A stretch of DNA of 64,000 nucleotides, from NCBI RefSeq assembly GCF_009914755.1, contig NC_060940.1. The stretch is one strand, 5' to 3'. Under the pieces are notes generated by a model that saw nothing but the letters and a program-made list of their open reading frames with translations, had not been told where the DNA came from and did no database searches. Shown in pieces: positions 49,270 to 63,945 of the stretch (its first letter is position 1; each line of letters begins with the position of its first letter). A program made the position numbers and the translations under genes. The stretch is from the human T2T-CHM13v2.0 reference genome, Homo sapiens.

Positions 49270-49568
49270 TACAGTTATGTGCTGCTTTAATGATGTTTCA
49301 GTCAACAACAGACCGCATGTACGACAGTGGTCCCATAAGATTATAATGGAGCTAAACAATTTCTAGTGACCAGTGAGTTGTGTTACAGTTGCCTACGGTA
49401 TTCAGTACACAACATGCTGTACGGGTTTGTAGCTTAGGAGCAATAGGCTCTAGCATATGGCCCAGGTGTGTAGTTGGCTATACCATCTAGGCATGTGATC
49501 CCACAATGACAAAATTGCCTAATGCCACATTTCTCAGAACATATCCCCATCATTAAGCATGGCTGTGT
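49270..49568. mobile_element. Tigger3a-like MITE, opposite orientation to the 44.6-45.4 kb copy
   Basis: ta-cagttatgtgctgc...gtggtcccataagattataatggagct...catttctcagaacatatccccatcattaagc. Confidence 0.8.
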
Positions 49569-51224
49569 ATCCTAAAACTGATCTTTATTTTGGCAGTTTA
49601 TAAATCATGCATATATTTCCCCCCGCTCCTTGGGGGAAATGGTTTCTCAGATATTTTGCACTTCCTCTTCAAACTCTGAAGTACACAGGCAGTGGTCATG
49701 CGGCGTGATCTAAGTTAAAAAGGCGTGGCACCTGTTTACCGGGATCCACCCTTGTGGACTGAGAGTTTAGTCCACATCTGATTCGATGTTTGTAGCCTCA
49801 CATTTATTATACATCTTTCCACTTCAGAAACATAAGTTGATCTGTAGTCAATGGGTAGTGGTACATTTTGGTCACTTTGCTGTCCTCCACCTGGTTAGAT
49901 AACCAAGATAGTGTGTGTTCTTCCAAATTGATGGTAATGAGGAAAAGAAAAGCACTTGGAGAATGTTCTGGACAGTTAGAATGATGACAGAAAAGCAGGT
50001 CAACAACACCAGAATGTCAATTACGGGCCAGTTATTGAGCCCTAAGAATCAGAGTTCTGTACCTTGCATTTTCAGGGATTTTCAATGTTAATATGACCCC
50101 TAAGTCCTAATTTTAGGAAAACAGAATTTGATGTGTAAAATATGTGTAAGAATAATCATAGCTTATGATGACATAAAAGTTTACGATGCTGGTATTGCCT
50201 TTGAGTTGATAAACAATTTCAGTGGGCTGATTTGTGGCAGCCCTTGTGAGCTACCATCTAGCATGTATGTCTTAAAATTTGAAAAAAGGCTATTAAGCAA
50301 CTCCATTTTTCTGTATGTCAGCAGATTTCATAAGAGTGAAATTTCAGTTCAGCCTTTTCATGTGAGTTATTACAAAAGTGAACTACAGGTTTCAATTTTG
50401 TGTCTTTTATGAGTCATTCTGGCATTTTGTGCCTTTTCTCACACATTGTTCTAGGCAGCCCCACCAACTCCTGTGACAAAGATGGACTGGGGGAGGCCAT
50501 CTTCCTAAAGTTGCTGTCTGAACAGTTAAGTAGTAAATTATACCAACCATGATGAATTGAAAAGAAGGCTTCTGGGGAAAGTTTGTTATTAGAGCCAACT
50601 TCTATTATATGCCCTTAAAGAAGGTAAAATAGATACACCAATGGCAATGACTTTGGAATGCAGGTCAAGTTTCAACCTAGAAGTTGCCTGCCCTCTATCC
50701 TTGGTGGCCCGCCTTCCTCATTTTTATTCTTTTAGCCTCCATAATTGGAATGCGTATTGGACTTTAGGCTAGGAATAACATTGTAAATGAAAATGTTGAT
50801 GTTGAAAGAGGAATTTAAATAGAGCGAAGAGTGATATTAGAAATTTGGAAGTGGTATTAGTTCTGGCTTGTCCGTAAGACCTGACTTTTGCATGATAACA
50901 ATAGGATTCATTCACTTGAACATAATTCGGTCTGGTCTTAGGAGGAATTAGAACTGCTTTTGCACCCCTGTTTTTTTCACTGCGAGGAAGAAGAGGAGCT
51001 CACGAACTTCATAAAGCGTTAGTGTCTCCTCCAGTTGATGGTTATCGAAATGAGTCAGGATGGAAGGCTTAGTGTACGTGTGAGATGTTACAAAAGTGGA
51101 CCTTAAATGTTTCTTGAGTGTTTGGATCTTAAGAGAAAATCTTTGACAATAAGTATTTAATCTTCATTTCTTACAATCATTCCTCTTAAAATGGAGCTTT
51201 ATTTTTTAAAAACGTATTTTTTTT

Positions 51225-51495
51225 TTCTTAAGAAACAGGGTCTTGCTCATTCATTCAGGCTGGAGTGCTGTGGCATGATCATAGCTCACTGCAGCCTTGA
51301 TCTCTCAGGCGCAGGTGGTCTTCCTGCCCCAGCTTCCTGAGTAGTTGGGACTATAGGCAGGCACCACCATGTACAGCTAATTTTTTTATTTTTTATTTTT
51401 TATTTTTCATAGCAACAGAGTCTCACTGTGTGGCCCAGGCTGATCTTGGAACTCCTGGACTCAAGTGATCTTCCTGCCATAGCCTCCCAAAGTGT
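51225..51495 (-). mobile_element. AluJ-like element
   Basis: Diverged Alu consensus. Confidence 0.8.
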
Positions 51496-53105
51496 TGCCT
51501 GAAATAGAACTTTATTAATATATCTTTAATATGTCAAGATGTTTAAAACTTGTCAAGATTTTAAGGAAGTTGGGCTAACATTTCCTCTTGGGATGCTGAA
51601 AGTTGTTGGTTTTCTCAGACTCTCACATAAATTCATTTGCTTTTCCCTTCTCCTTCCACCTCTATTAGCTCTTTATTTTCTAGGGGGGATTCTGATGTCT
51701 GTATTGAGCTGGCCGTCATGCCGGGAGTGGTCTGCTTATGTATTTACATGCGTGCTCATCTTTGCTATAGCTGAGCGTGGTGCAGCTCCTTACCTGTTCC
51801 AGGTGCGGAGTGATCTGCCGCACAATGAATGAAGTGGCAGAGCCAGGGCGCGAACCCCCGTCTTCCTGGTTTGTGTGCCTGGGCCCTTGCCCTTTACTGT
51901 GCGTCTTCTCAGGAGCTGTCATTTAGACTTTCTGGACCAGGAGCTAAATGACCTTTAAAGTCTGTTGAGTCATTTCTAACAAATATGAGTGGAGTCATTT
52001 GCCGTAACCAACAACTTTAATCTCCAGATGTTTAATTGATCCTGTATTACTGTCTAATGAGAACTTACTGTATGCCATGCACTGTCTAGTTGGAGTAATG
52101 ATTGGCCTTGCCTTCAGGGTAGTCTAAGGCATAAGATCAGAAAGGAACAGATGGCAGCTGTTTGTAGGGAGAAGTGATCATTGGCAGAGGGGTGTTGAGG
52201 GGAGAAAGCAAGGAGGGGAGGCCTCATGCAGCTAGTAGGGATGGCAGTAACAGGCTGAGGACACAAAAGGCCACCAAGTCCTGTTACCTTAGATGGTGCG
52301 GACTTTGTTGAGCAGTTGAAGTGTGAGAGTCTTGTCTTTAAGGAGCCTCCTGTCCAGAGAAGGAGGCACACAGCACTAATATCAGGTAGGCAGTGATGAG
52401 GTCAGCTACTGTGGAGACAGTGTGGAGAATCTTGAGTGCCTTCTGTCGGTCTTACTCTGAGATTAGGATTTAGGATCATTATAAGAGATTAATAACAGAA
52501 TGATACGGTATTTTAGTTTATGAAAGACTTGCCACTAGATAAAATTTTTCTACAGTAACAGAATAATCATTAAGAAAAATCTAGGTTGTTCGTGTCTCTT
52601 CTGTATTTTCCAAGTCTGAAAAGGTTTATTCTGCGTTTAACGACGTCGTACCAGAATGGCCTTTCAAAGACTGTCAAAGGCTTGAAGGAAAGCTTGGTGG
52701 AGTACATTTCCTAGTACACGTCCCAAGGGCCCGTACGTATGTTCTGCTGTTGCAGAGGTTGTGCTCGTTCGCTTTTGTAGGTTCCTTGCAGTTATTGAAC
52801 AAACCACTGGGTGGTGCTAGAAGACTTGATTTTAATACTGTGCAAGAAAAACTGAAACTGCTTTTTAACCTGCCTGCGCCTCAAAATAAGCAAACTGGAA
52901 GCTGGTATCGATTTAAGGGAATGGCTGATGTAGAAACTAAAGGTTTCTGTCTGACTAGTTCATGCTGTCTCACAAATAAATGCTGGGAAAAAAGTCGGTT
53001 TATAGTTGATTTATGTATCCTTTGATTGCATAGAGATTGAATGGTCAAGCCTCCAGGCCATGCAGATTATTCTGGGCCCCTAACTCAGTTAAGAACATGA
53101 AAGGA

Positions 53106-54857
<1,752 letters not shown>

Positions 54858-55639
54858 TTAGAAAGATAGCAGGCTTTGAGTCTTAAGGTTAGGTTTAAAA
54901 AAAAAAGTCATTTGATATAAAAATACTATGGCAAAGCCTTGTTGGAATCATGCTGGAGTTTTCATTTGAGACACTATGCCTTTACGTCATTGATGGTTAT
55001 TTGAAAATGTACCTTTTTAACACTGCAATGACATTAGTTGCTGTTCTGTGGCACACACTAGAAATGATAGACTGTTGTGATGATATGGTTTAAAGACAAA
55101 TGTAAAAATCCACTGTCAATAGACTTTAAGCCTGTGGGGAAAAGTAAGTATCTGAAACCTTGGAATAAAAGGGATTTTTAAGTGAAGCCCCTTATATGTT
55201 GAGGAAAGGGCTCAACCTCTTGAGTCAGGTGGACCCAGGTTCACAGGTCATTTCAGCTGTTATGTGACCTCAGTTTTCTCATCTGTAAAATGGGGTTGGT
55301 AACTATCTCTGACAGTAGGGTTATGATAATTATGAATAATATACACAAAGCTTCTAGCACAGTGTCCCTCACATGACAGGTGCTATCTCTGCTGGGTGTC
55401 ATCACATGCAGGCTTGGGGTTCAGTTCGTAACTGATCCATTATTCATTTATTTCAAGGCCCAGTTCTGTATTCCATATTAAGAGAGAGAGGAGCTTTGCA
55501 AACTTAGTCTAATTAAACAGATTCCACAGAATCTGTAATATTTTACTTTCTACAGAAGAAGAGCTAGCAGAAATTATTCCCTACGCTTCTTCAGTTAGAA
55601 GGAAGAGGACATTTATTCATAGGAAGGAGGGAATGAGAG

Positions 55640-55641
<2 letters not shown>

Positions 55642-55676
<35 letters not shown>
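55642..55676. repeat. (GT)n microsatellite
   Basis: Direct reading. Confidence 0.95.
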
Positions 55677-55680
<4 letters not shown>

Positions 55681-56946
55681 GAATTTTGTAAATTAATTTT
55701 TTCATTTGATTAGTGCCGAAGTCTGGGATCTGCCAGTACAATGTAGTTTAGAAAAGAAAAGCTTATTTTTGAGCGATGCCTTAGATGGATGCTACTATCA
55801 AATGTATGTATGCCATTTTGGTTTTTCTTTCCTATATACAATTTGTTTATTTATTATACTTTATTTTTAAATGAATTTTTGATTTTTGTTGGTACATAGT
55901 AGGTGTATCTATTTGTGGGTTATATGATTAGTATACAATTTAAAAGTAAAGGAGACAGTGTGGATTGGCTGCAGATTATGGAGTTGAGGCCCTGGCTATG
56001 CTACCTGGCTCCTGTGTGATCACAGGTGAGTTAGTCAGTCTTTGGGAGCCTCATTTTCCTTATTGGTGAAAGGGTCAAAGTGGTGGTACTCCTAGATTAC
56101 TAAGGATTAAGTCCAGCCAATTAACATTTGTCAATTGTAAAGAACGTGCTAAGTGTAGAAGGGTTTATAAATTGTAGCCATCACCATTAGAAGATTCATA
56201 GTGGGACAGGGGGAGACCTTGTCTTGTTTTCAAGCATTTCTGATGGTTAATTCTATAAAGATGGCATTCACAGCTGTTTTAATACACAGAAAGAGTGATG
56301 TCCACTCAGGGTGAACCTGAGGCTGAGCAGCGTGTTTGTAAATGGAATAAGGGAATTACAGTTTATAAAACAGTTGCTAAATTGGATTTCTAGTGGACGG
56401 TTTAATTTGTAGGAGACCGCTGTCTCTGAAAGGAGTATTTTTACTCACTGAACAGCCATTGAACACACACAGTGATGTGTAGGGTCAGCATTAGATGCTG
56501 GGGATGCAGAGAGGAATGAGACGTGGGTTCTGCAAGATATCTTTCTATCTAGTGTCTGAGGCGCCTTGCTGCTGATGAGACACACCTGGCTAATGGTGTT
56601 TAAGGAAGAAAGGCTGTATCTCTCAAATCTATTCTCTAATAATGATGCTGTGTTAACATTTTTTTGTTTCTCATTAAAATAGGTAGTTCTTGTGTTCCCT
56701 AATTCTGTTCCCCCCAGGAAGATTAAATGTTGCTATTTGAGGGAAAAGATTAGTTTCAAAAATGTTCTAATTGAATAATGTACTTGATGTTGAACTGAAT
56801 GAAGCCTTAACAGTATGCATTTTCTTTGGCTGTGTGTTTTACTGAAGGGATTTTAAATGCTGTCCCAGAGTAGAGCATGTGAAATGATTTGAATGTTCTT
56901 CACTAGATGTCATCAATTTCTGAAATATGCTTCTTCACTCTTTCAG

Positions 56947-57038
56947 AGTTGCTGGAGAATGTAACCCTAATCCATAAACCAGTGTCGTTGCAACCCCGTG
57001 GGCTGATCAATAAAGGGAACTGGTGCTACATTAATGCT
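56947..57038 (+). CDS. USP10: USP10 exon 5 (start of USP domain; Cys box [13 protein letters not shown], catalytic Cys424 codon at 57024-57026)
   Basis: ctctttcag|AG...GCT|gtatcctt; 92 nt; USP Cys-box motif. Confidence 0.97.
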
Positions 57039-57593
57039 GTATCCTTCCTGGATGCCGTCCGCAAGGCCAGCTTGTTGCAGCTGTCCCTCCTTTGGGTGCA
57101 TGTGACTTAGCTCAGCTTCCGTGGGCCATCTAGCTCTCCATTTGAATCCCTAAGTCTGGTTTATTACTTGGTCTGCCTACCTTGCTTATAAACAGGATTA
57201 TTCCTGACCCCAGTCCATCTCCCTCTAAAAGAGAGGATATGTTGGCACGTGAATGAGGGCTGCAGACAAGCTGGCTCTCATTAGAATAGTCACAAATAAT
57301 AGGGCAGAGCAACCACTTACAACTGGAAATTTGGTTTTAACTGATTGAACTGTCTTGGTTAGGTCAAGTTCTTGAATACAAACGACTGACTGCTTCGTAG
57401 ATCCTTATATGGACATCACAGGACACTTACCCTAGTAACTATTTGGTTTATTCCTTTTCGTGGTGACATATCTAAGTAGTTCAACGTCCTTAGCTTCCTT
57501 GTGTTTTTATAAACATTCTTGTGCTTCATGTGCCTTCAGGAAATGTGGTGTGTCTGTTCATTTCCTTTACGCTTCCTTACTGCCACTACATAG
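57039..57593 (+). other. USP10: U12-type (minor spliceosome) GT-AG intron 5, 555 nt
   Basis: 5' site GTATCCTT is the U12 consensus. Branch-like TTCCTTTAC (57562-57570) and TTCCTTAC (57573-57580) lie just before tag|, with no polypyrimidine tract adjacent to the AG. Confidence 0.92.
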
Positions 57594-57703
57594 ACACTGC
57601 AGGCATTGGTTGCTTGCCCGCCGATGTACCACCTGATGAAGTTCATTCCTCTGTATTCCAAAGTGCAAAGGCCTTGTACGTCAACACCCATGATAGACAG
57701 CTT
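57594..57703 (+). CDS. USP10: USP10 exon 6 ([37 protein letters not shown])
   Basis: catag|ACA...TT|gtaagt; 110 nt; continues the Cys box in frame. Confidence 0.96.
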
Positions 57704-58121
57704 GTAAGTAAGGTGGTGAAAGATGTGTTAAGTGGTGGGGTTTTTCCCGTCTGATAATTAGAATTGAAATAGTTTAGTAAAGCTCTTGATTTCCTGCAAA
57801 TGAGTCCTATAATTCTGTCTTTTTTTAAAAATAGACTGTTGGCGATTTTATATGGAAGTTAACCAGAAATGGAATTGGAGCATTGATGATCTGTGTTCTT
57901 TAGATTCAGTAGAAAATATTTTAGCGTTTACCAGCATATATCACTTGAAATAGACCAAAAATGCATATAGAAAAGACTTGAGTTCACTAGCTGTTACAGC
58001 ATTGGTTACCTAAAATCTACTATACTCGTATAGCTGATATTCTACTTAGCCATCAAAGCTCTTTAGTAAAAGTATATATTGTTTAAAACTGCACTATTTA
58101 ACATTTTTTCCCCATGTTTAG

Positions 58122-58177
58122 TGTTCGGCTAATGAATGAGTTCACTAATATGCCAGTACCTCCAAAACCCCGACAAG
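58122..58177 (+). CDS. USP10: USP10 exon 7 (VRLMNEFTNMPVPPKPRQ)
   Basis: catgtttag|T...CAAG|gttagt; 56 nt, phase 2-1. Confidence 0.95.
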
Positions 58178-58402
58178 GTTAGTAAAAATGAGTTTTGTTG
58201 ATGCTATTACATATTGGGAGTTATGGAGACAGATGACTTAAATTTGGTAAATTCAGTCTTGTTGGGAAGATAGTGTCTTTACACCTATGCCATTCTCAAC
58301 ATTCAGCCAGGTGGGAGGTGGGGGAGTTTTGATGATGTTGCTTTTTTCATCATTTATGAGTTCATTGTAGTTAGGAAAACCTGTGTCCTCTTTCCATTGC
58401 AG

Positions 58403-58506
58403 CTCTTGGAGATAAAATCGTGAGGGATATTCGCCCTGGAGCTGCCTTTGAGCCCACATATATTTACAGACTCCTGACAGTTAACAAGTCAAGCCTGTCT
58501 GAAAAG
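58403..58506 (+). CDS. USP10: USP10 exon 8 ([34 protein letters not shown])
   Basis: tttccattgcag|CT...AAG|gtttga; 104 nt, phase 1-0. Confidence 0.95.
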
Positions 58507-59581
58507 GTTTGAGACTTCTCTGTTGTCACTAGTATCAAGTGTTGCCTTTTGTTCCAGTGTTTGTGTGGTAACTGTTGCTTATTGATATTTGCCCTCTGTC
58601 TCCAGCGCTATAAGTAGATGTAGGTTTATAAGAGTCCATTGCTTGGATGATATGGTGCACCAAGCACTGCTCTCAGTACTTTACATATATTAACTTAGTT
58701 GACTCTGAATAAAGTATGATTATGGTCTCCTTGTTACGGTTAAGAGAAGTGAAGCCACTGTCTGAGGTCAGGTAGCTAATGTACATGGCAGAACCCAGCT
58801 TTCAAGTCAGTTCTCTTAACCACTGCACTATATGCCACTGGGGTAGAATGGAGTGCACTGGGCCTGGAATGATGGCAGTATTCAGAAGAGCTTATGTCTT
58901 CATCATACTTACAGGCTTTAGTAGCTATTTGATGTACTTGATTCCTTTACCTAATTTTTTTTTAATCACATACTTTGTTACTAAAGGCATGAGACCAAGG
59001 GGCCAGGGAGCCCTTATAAAAGGCCCTGGGGCTGTTGAGAGTGACTTGGGCCGCCCTTAGCACCGTTAACTGGAGCATTTCTTTCCTCCCAGATTGAGTT
59101 TGTGATGAATCAGTACAAGCAGTTGAAATGATGCTTAGGGAAATGTATTCAGAGAGAAAAATAGTTGAGAAAATGCCATTTAAGTCAAGTTTACTTGAAG
59201 CTTCATTGCTTTGAAGAAGAGTGAATGTCGAGGGCATCGTTGCAGGATACCACCAGGGGTAGCATAGGGTCTTAAGCTTTTTAAATGCTTATAATGCAGC
59301 TTTTGGTATTGGCTTGGAATTTGCACTTCCCAAGTAATGGGAACATGGTGTTAGGGATGCAGAAATGGAATGAAGTGCGCCCTCTGCCCTCAGTGAGGGA
59401 ATGAGTTAATGAATAGTCAACAAGAGAAGCACAAAGATACAGAGATGCCTTAGAACCCAGAGGGGCCCACCTAGCACAGGTGGAGGCAAAATAAAGTGGG
59501 TGCTCAGGAACCCCTCTTGGATCGTGCACAGAGATAATGCTATGAACAAAAGCATCTTCTAAAGGTTACATTAATAGGGGA

Positions 59582-60153
59582 TGTGTTGGGCTCCCCAAGA
59601 CCACCCTGAGGTTGGGTGATTCACTGGAAGAACTCAGAAAATGCAGAAGCTGGTATACCCGTGGCTATGGTTGCTGACAGCAAAAGCATGCGGAGCAGAG
59701 TCAGGAAGGGAAAGGACAGGTGAGGCAGGGCCTAAAGGAAACTTCCAGACTCCTCTCCCAGTGGGGCCACAAGGCTACGCGTAACTACTCCAGCACCAGA
59801 CTGTGACCACACGTGAAATGCTGCCAACCAGGGAAGGTCATTACAGACTCCGTGTCCAGAGTTTTTACTGAGGGCTGGTCCCATAGGTACCATCTGCCTG
59901 GCTTGAACCAAAAGTCCAAACTCCCAAAACAAAAGCAAAGTGTTCAGCAGAAAGCACATTGCTTGCGCAAACGGTTTAGGCAGAATCCCGTATCAGTTAT
60001 TGGACCGATGGGAACCTTTCTGAAATCCAAATTCCCAGACACCAGCCAAGGGGCAACCTTGCAAGCAGGCCTTTCCAAGGAGAGCCACCCAGGCCTGCTA
60101 TGAAAAGTCTTCAGCACACTTTGGCTGTGCCAGTTTTTGCCCTTTTCTGCACA
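59582..60153. mobile_element. MER21-like solo LTR
   Basis: ccccaagaccaccc...ccagggaaggtcattacagactc...ttcccagacaccagccaaggggcaaccttgcaagcaggcctttc...cttttctgcaca matches the MER21 consensus I recall. Confidence 0.75.
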
Positions 60154-60611
60154 CGTGCAGAGCATGCACTCACGTGAACAGCTGCTGTCCACGTCTACTA
60201 TCTGGAGAGGGCAAGTAAACTTTGCAGTTTACCTAGATGCTTCAAACAGAACAATTTGCAGGGCCTTGGAATAGGCAGTTGTGCTGTGAAGAATGAAATA
60301 TGAACTGATGATAAGTAACAGAATCAAACACTCGTGATGTGGGATTATTAAACTCTTGGGTGACTCGTCTGTGAATGATTTTGCTGATGTATGTGTAACA
60401 CAGCTAACGCTCTAAATCAGTGGAGTTTTTCCACATGTAGTTTGAGTTCTTTCCCATGTAGTTGTCCATCATCAAAGACAGACAGAAGCAGACATAGGGC
60501 TGCTTAGCTCATTGCTCGAGTGGTGACCCTTGCAGTTGAACAGTGAACTGGCCCTAGACATCTAGTTCTTCGTCTTCTATTTTGTTTACCCAAGACAGAA
60601 ACTTTTTTTTA

Positions 60612-60993
<382 letters not shown>

Positions 60994-61219
60994 TTAGTCC
61001 ACCCATTTAGAGATATGTGTTTAGTCAGTTTCTCCTTTTCCTCCTACTCTTGGGATTTCAGCTATGCAAGGGAAACCCATGTCATCATGTCATTGTTTGG
61101 AAATACTTTACATCTTCCATTTCAGAGGAGGCATGGTTGGACTTTGCAAGTACTGCATGTCCTGCAGGCCTTTGACAGTGATCAGTTCACAGTAACGTGA
61201 TTATATTTGACCTTTTCAG

Positions 61220-61319
61220 GGTCGACAAGAAGATGCTGAGGAATACTTAGGCTTCATTCTAAATGGACTTCATGAGGAAATGTTGAACCTAAAGAAGCTT
61301 CTCTCACCAAGTAATGAAA
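61220..61319 (+). CDS. USP10: USP10 exon 9 ([20 protein letters not shown]..., USP QxDAxE box)
   Basis: ccttttcag|GGT...GAAA|gtaggt; 100 nt, phase 0-1. Confidence 0.96.
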
Positions 61320-61894
61320 GTAGGTTATGGTCCACTTGCCGCAGAGTTGTGCAAGAGTTCGCTGTAAACAGGTGTTGCATACTCATATGTTATGTTGCTT
61401 CCCTGCCCCTCAGTCGTTTTCCTTTCAAATAGCATTTATTCCCTACGATAACTTACACCATCGAGAAGGTTATATTTAGGTAAATTACAGTTTATCCCGA
61501 ACCTCTGCCATTTTCCTTTAACTTTTAATTAGGAAAATGATCAAGCCTATAAAAAAGCTGAAAGAATCGTTTGATGAATACCTTTATAATTGCCGAGTGT
61601 ACAGTTTTAAACATATTTTCTGATGCTATACACACACTGTGTATATATATATATGTCTTATCTGTCCATCCATATATACATACATACGCATACATTTTCC
61701 CTGAATGATTCAAAGTTAAGTTGCAGCTAACAGTTTAGTTCATCTCAGGTGCTAAAGCATCTCCTGCGTAACCACAGTCCCTTATCTAACTGAGAAAAAC
61801 AACTGTAATGACACGGTAATACCGACTTTGCAGAGCATCTTCAAATTTCGCCAGTTGTCCCAGGGATGTCATTTCTAGGAGTTTATGTAAACAA

Positions 61895-62200
61895 GGATCC
61901 AGTGGTGGTGCACCTGTTGCGATTGGTTGCCGTGGATCAAGTGGCATTGCAATGGGTTGCAGTGGATCCAGTGGCATTGCGCCTGTTGTGATTGGTTGCC
62001 GTGGATCCAGTGACGTTGCACCTGTTGCGATTGGTTGCCGTGGATCCAGTGACGTTGTGCCTGTTGGGATTGGTTGCCATGGATCCAGTGACGTTGCACC
62101 TGTTGCGATTGGTTGCCGTGGATCCAGTGACATTGTGCCTGTTGCGATTGGCCGTGGATCCAGTGACGTTGCTCCTGTTGCGATTGGTTGCCGTGGCTCC
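61895..62200. repeat. 39-bp minisatellite, 8 copies (ggatccagtgacgttgcacctgttgcgattggttgccgt)
   Basis: Unit starts at 61895, 61934 (30 bp), 61964, 62003, 62042, 62081, 62120 (36 bp) and 62156. Confidence 0.96.
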
Positions 62201-62316
62201 TAATGTAGACCACACCCTGATTTCATTTTTAAAACTGCAATCGACAGATCTGTGCCTTTTTATTTTTTGCTGTTCTTGTCGTAAATAGTAGTGTAAGCAG
62301 ATGCTCTCCTTTTCAG

Positions 62317-62494
62317 AACTTACGATTTCCAACGGCCCCAAAAACCACTCGGTCAATGAAGAAGAGCAGGAAGAACAAGGTGAAGGAAGCGAGGATGAAT
62401 GGGAACAAGTGGGCCCCCGGAACAAGACTTCCGTCACCCGCCAGGCGGATTTTGTTCAGACTCCAATCACCGGCATTTTTGGTGGACACATCAG
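62317..62494 (+). CDS. USP10: USP10 exon 10 (acidic insertion [23 protein letters not shown]...[12 protein letters not shown])
   Basis: ctccttttcag|AA...ATCAG|gtttgt; 178 nt; overlaps ORF-track 62301..62555. Confidence 0.96.
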
Positions 62495-62779
62495 GTTTGT
62501 GCTTTTCTGGAATAACTTAATATTTGCCTTTTCTAGGGTTTTGCCATGTTGGTGAAGGGGGAAGGTGTGAGGCTTGTTTTGAGACTTCTTGGACGTAATG
62601 GTTTGCATCTTGCTCCCCTGCCTGCTCTTCTCTTGCACTTCCTGATGCTTCCCTTGTCAGCCCCCGTGGCTTATTCTCTCCCTGCTGGCGCATGTCTGCA
62701 GGGGACAGGGAGCTCCTCCCTTCTACTCTGTCAAGTTCAGCTGCTCACTGCTAGGGAGTAAGAGAAAAGCCAGCTAATT

Positions 62780-63075
62780 GGCCATACGCGGTGGTTCATG
62801 CCTGTAATCCCAGGACTTTGGGAGGCCAAGGCGGGTGGATCACCTGAGGTTAGAAGTTCGAGATCAACCTGATCAACATGGTGAAACCCCGTCTCTACTA
62901 AAAATACAAAAATCAACCAGGTGTGGTGACAGGCACCTGTAATCCCAGCTATTAGGGAGGCTGAGGCAGGAGAATCGCTTGAACCCAGGAGGCAGAGGTT
63001 GCAGTGGCCCAGATAGCGCCATTGCACTCCAGCATGGGTGACAGAGTGAGACTCTGTCTCAAGAAAAAAAAAAGA
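62780..63075 (+). mobile_element. AluS-type element (with an Alu 3' fragment at ~63230-63315)
   Basis: Alu consensus. Confidence 0.88.
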
Positions 63076-63369
63076 AAAAGATACAGGAGAATGTCATCAT
63101 GACTTAGGGGTAGGCAAAGGTTTCATAAGATAGGTCATAAACAATAACCACGAGAGAGAGAGAAAAAAAAATATATATATATATATTAGACTTCATCTGC
63201 ATTTAAAACTTGCAACATAAAACCACCTCCGGGAGGCAGAGGTTGCAGTGAGCCAAGATTACACCACTGCACTCCAGCCTGGGTGACAGAGCAAGACTGT
63301 CTTCAAAAAAAAAAACCAGCTAACCAAACCATGTGTTTTGGTAAGAGAAGACAGTGTATCTGGAGGAAT

Positions 63370-63945
63370 TTTATTTATGTTAATAAATTGTGTATATTTA
63401 AAGTATACACAGATGTTATGAAATAGAGATAGTAAAATAGTTGCTACAGTGAAGCAGATAAACATATTCCCCATCACAGTTACCCTTGTGTGTGTGTGTG
63501 TGCACATGGCAAGAGCAGCTGCAGTTTTACTCATTTCACAAAAGTCCCAAATACAGTGCACTATGAGTAGCTCTTGTCCGATGTTCCACATCAGATCTCT
63601 AGACCTGTTCGCCTGTGTGGCTGCCCTTGGTGTCCTTCGACCGACATCTTCCATTCCCACTCGCCACCCCTAGGAACCACTCTTTTCCCTATCTCTGTAG
63701 TTTCGTCTTTTTTTTTTTTTTAATAAAGATTCCATGTATAAGTGAGACCATGCAATATTTTTCTTTCTGTGTCTGACTTCTTTAACTTAGTATAATGTTC
63801 CCCAGGTTCATTCCTGTTGTGGCAAATGGCAGGGTCTTTATTACAGCTGAATAGTGTTCCCTTGTCTATATATACACACCACAGTTTCTTTATCCATTGG
63901 CCCATCCACAGACAGTTGTTTCCCTGTCTTGGCTGTTGTGAACTG
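63370..63945 (-). mobile_element. L1MA-like 3' end, antisense
   Basis: agattccatgtataagtgagaccatgcaatatttttctttctgtgtctgac...aggttcattcctgttgtggcaaatggcagg...caccacagtttctttatccatt. Confidence 0.8.

Noticed and set aside
52643-52652. CpG palindrome acgacgtcgt
   Set aside because: A single 10-bp palindrome is expected by chance in 64 kb.
61895-62200. CRISPR-like appearance of the 39-bp array (and the 38-bp array at 34.2 kb)
   Set aside because: Units are head-to-tail with no unique spacers, there are no cas genes, and the context is a eukaryotic intron.
61786-62437. Repetitive ORFs on both strands (83-166 aa)
   Set aside because: By-products of a minisatellite whose unit lengths are multiples of 3; no splice or start context supports them.
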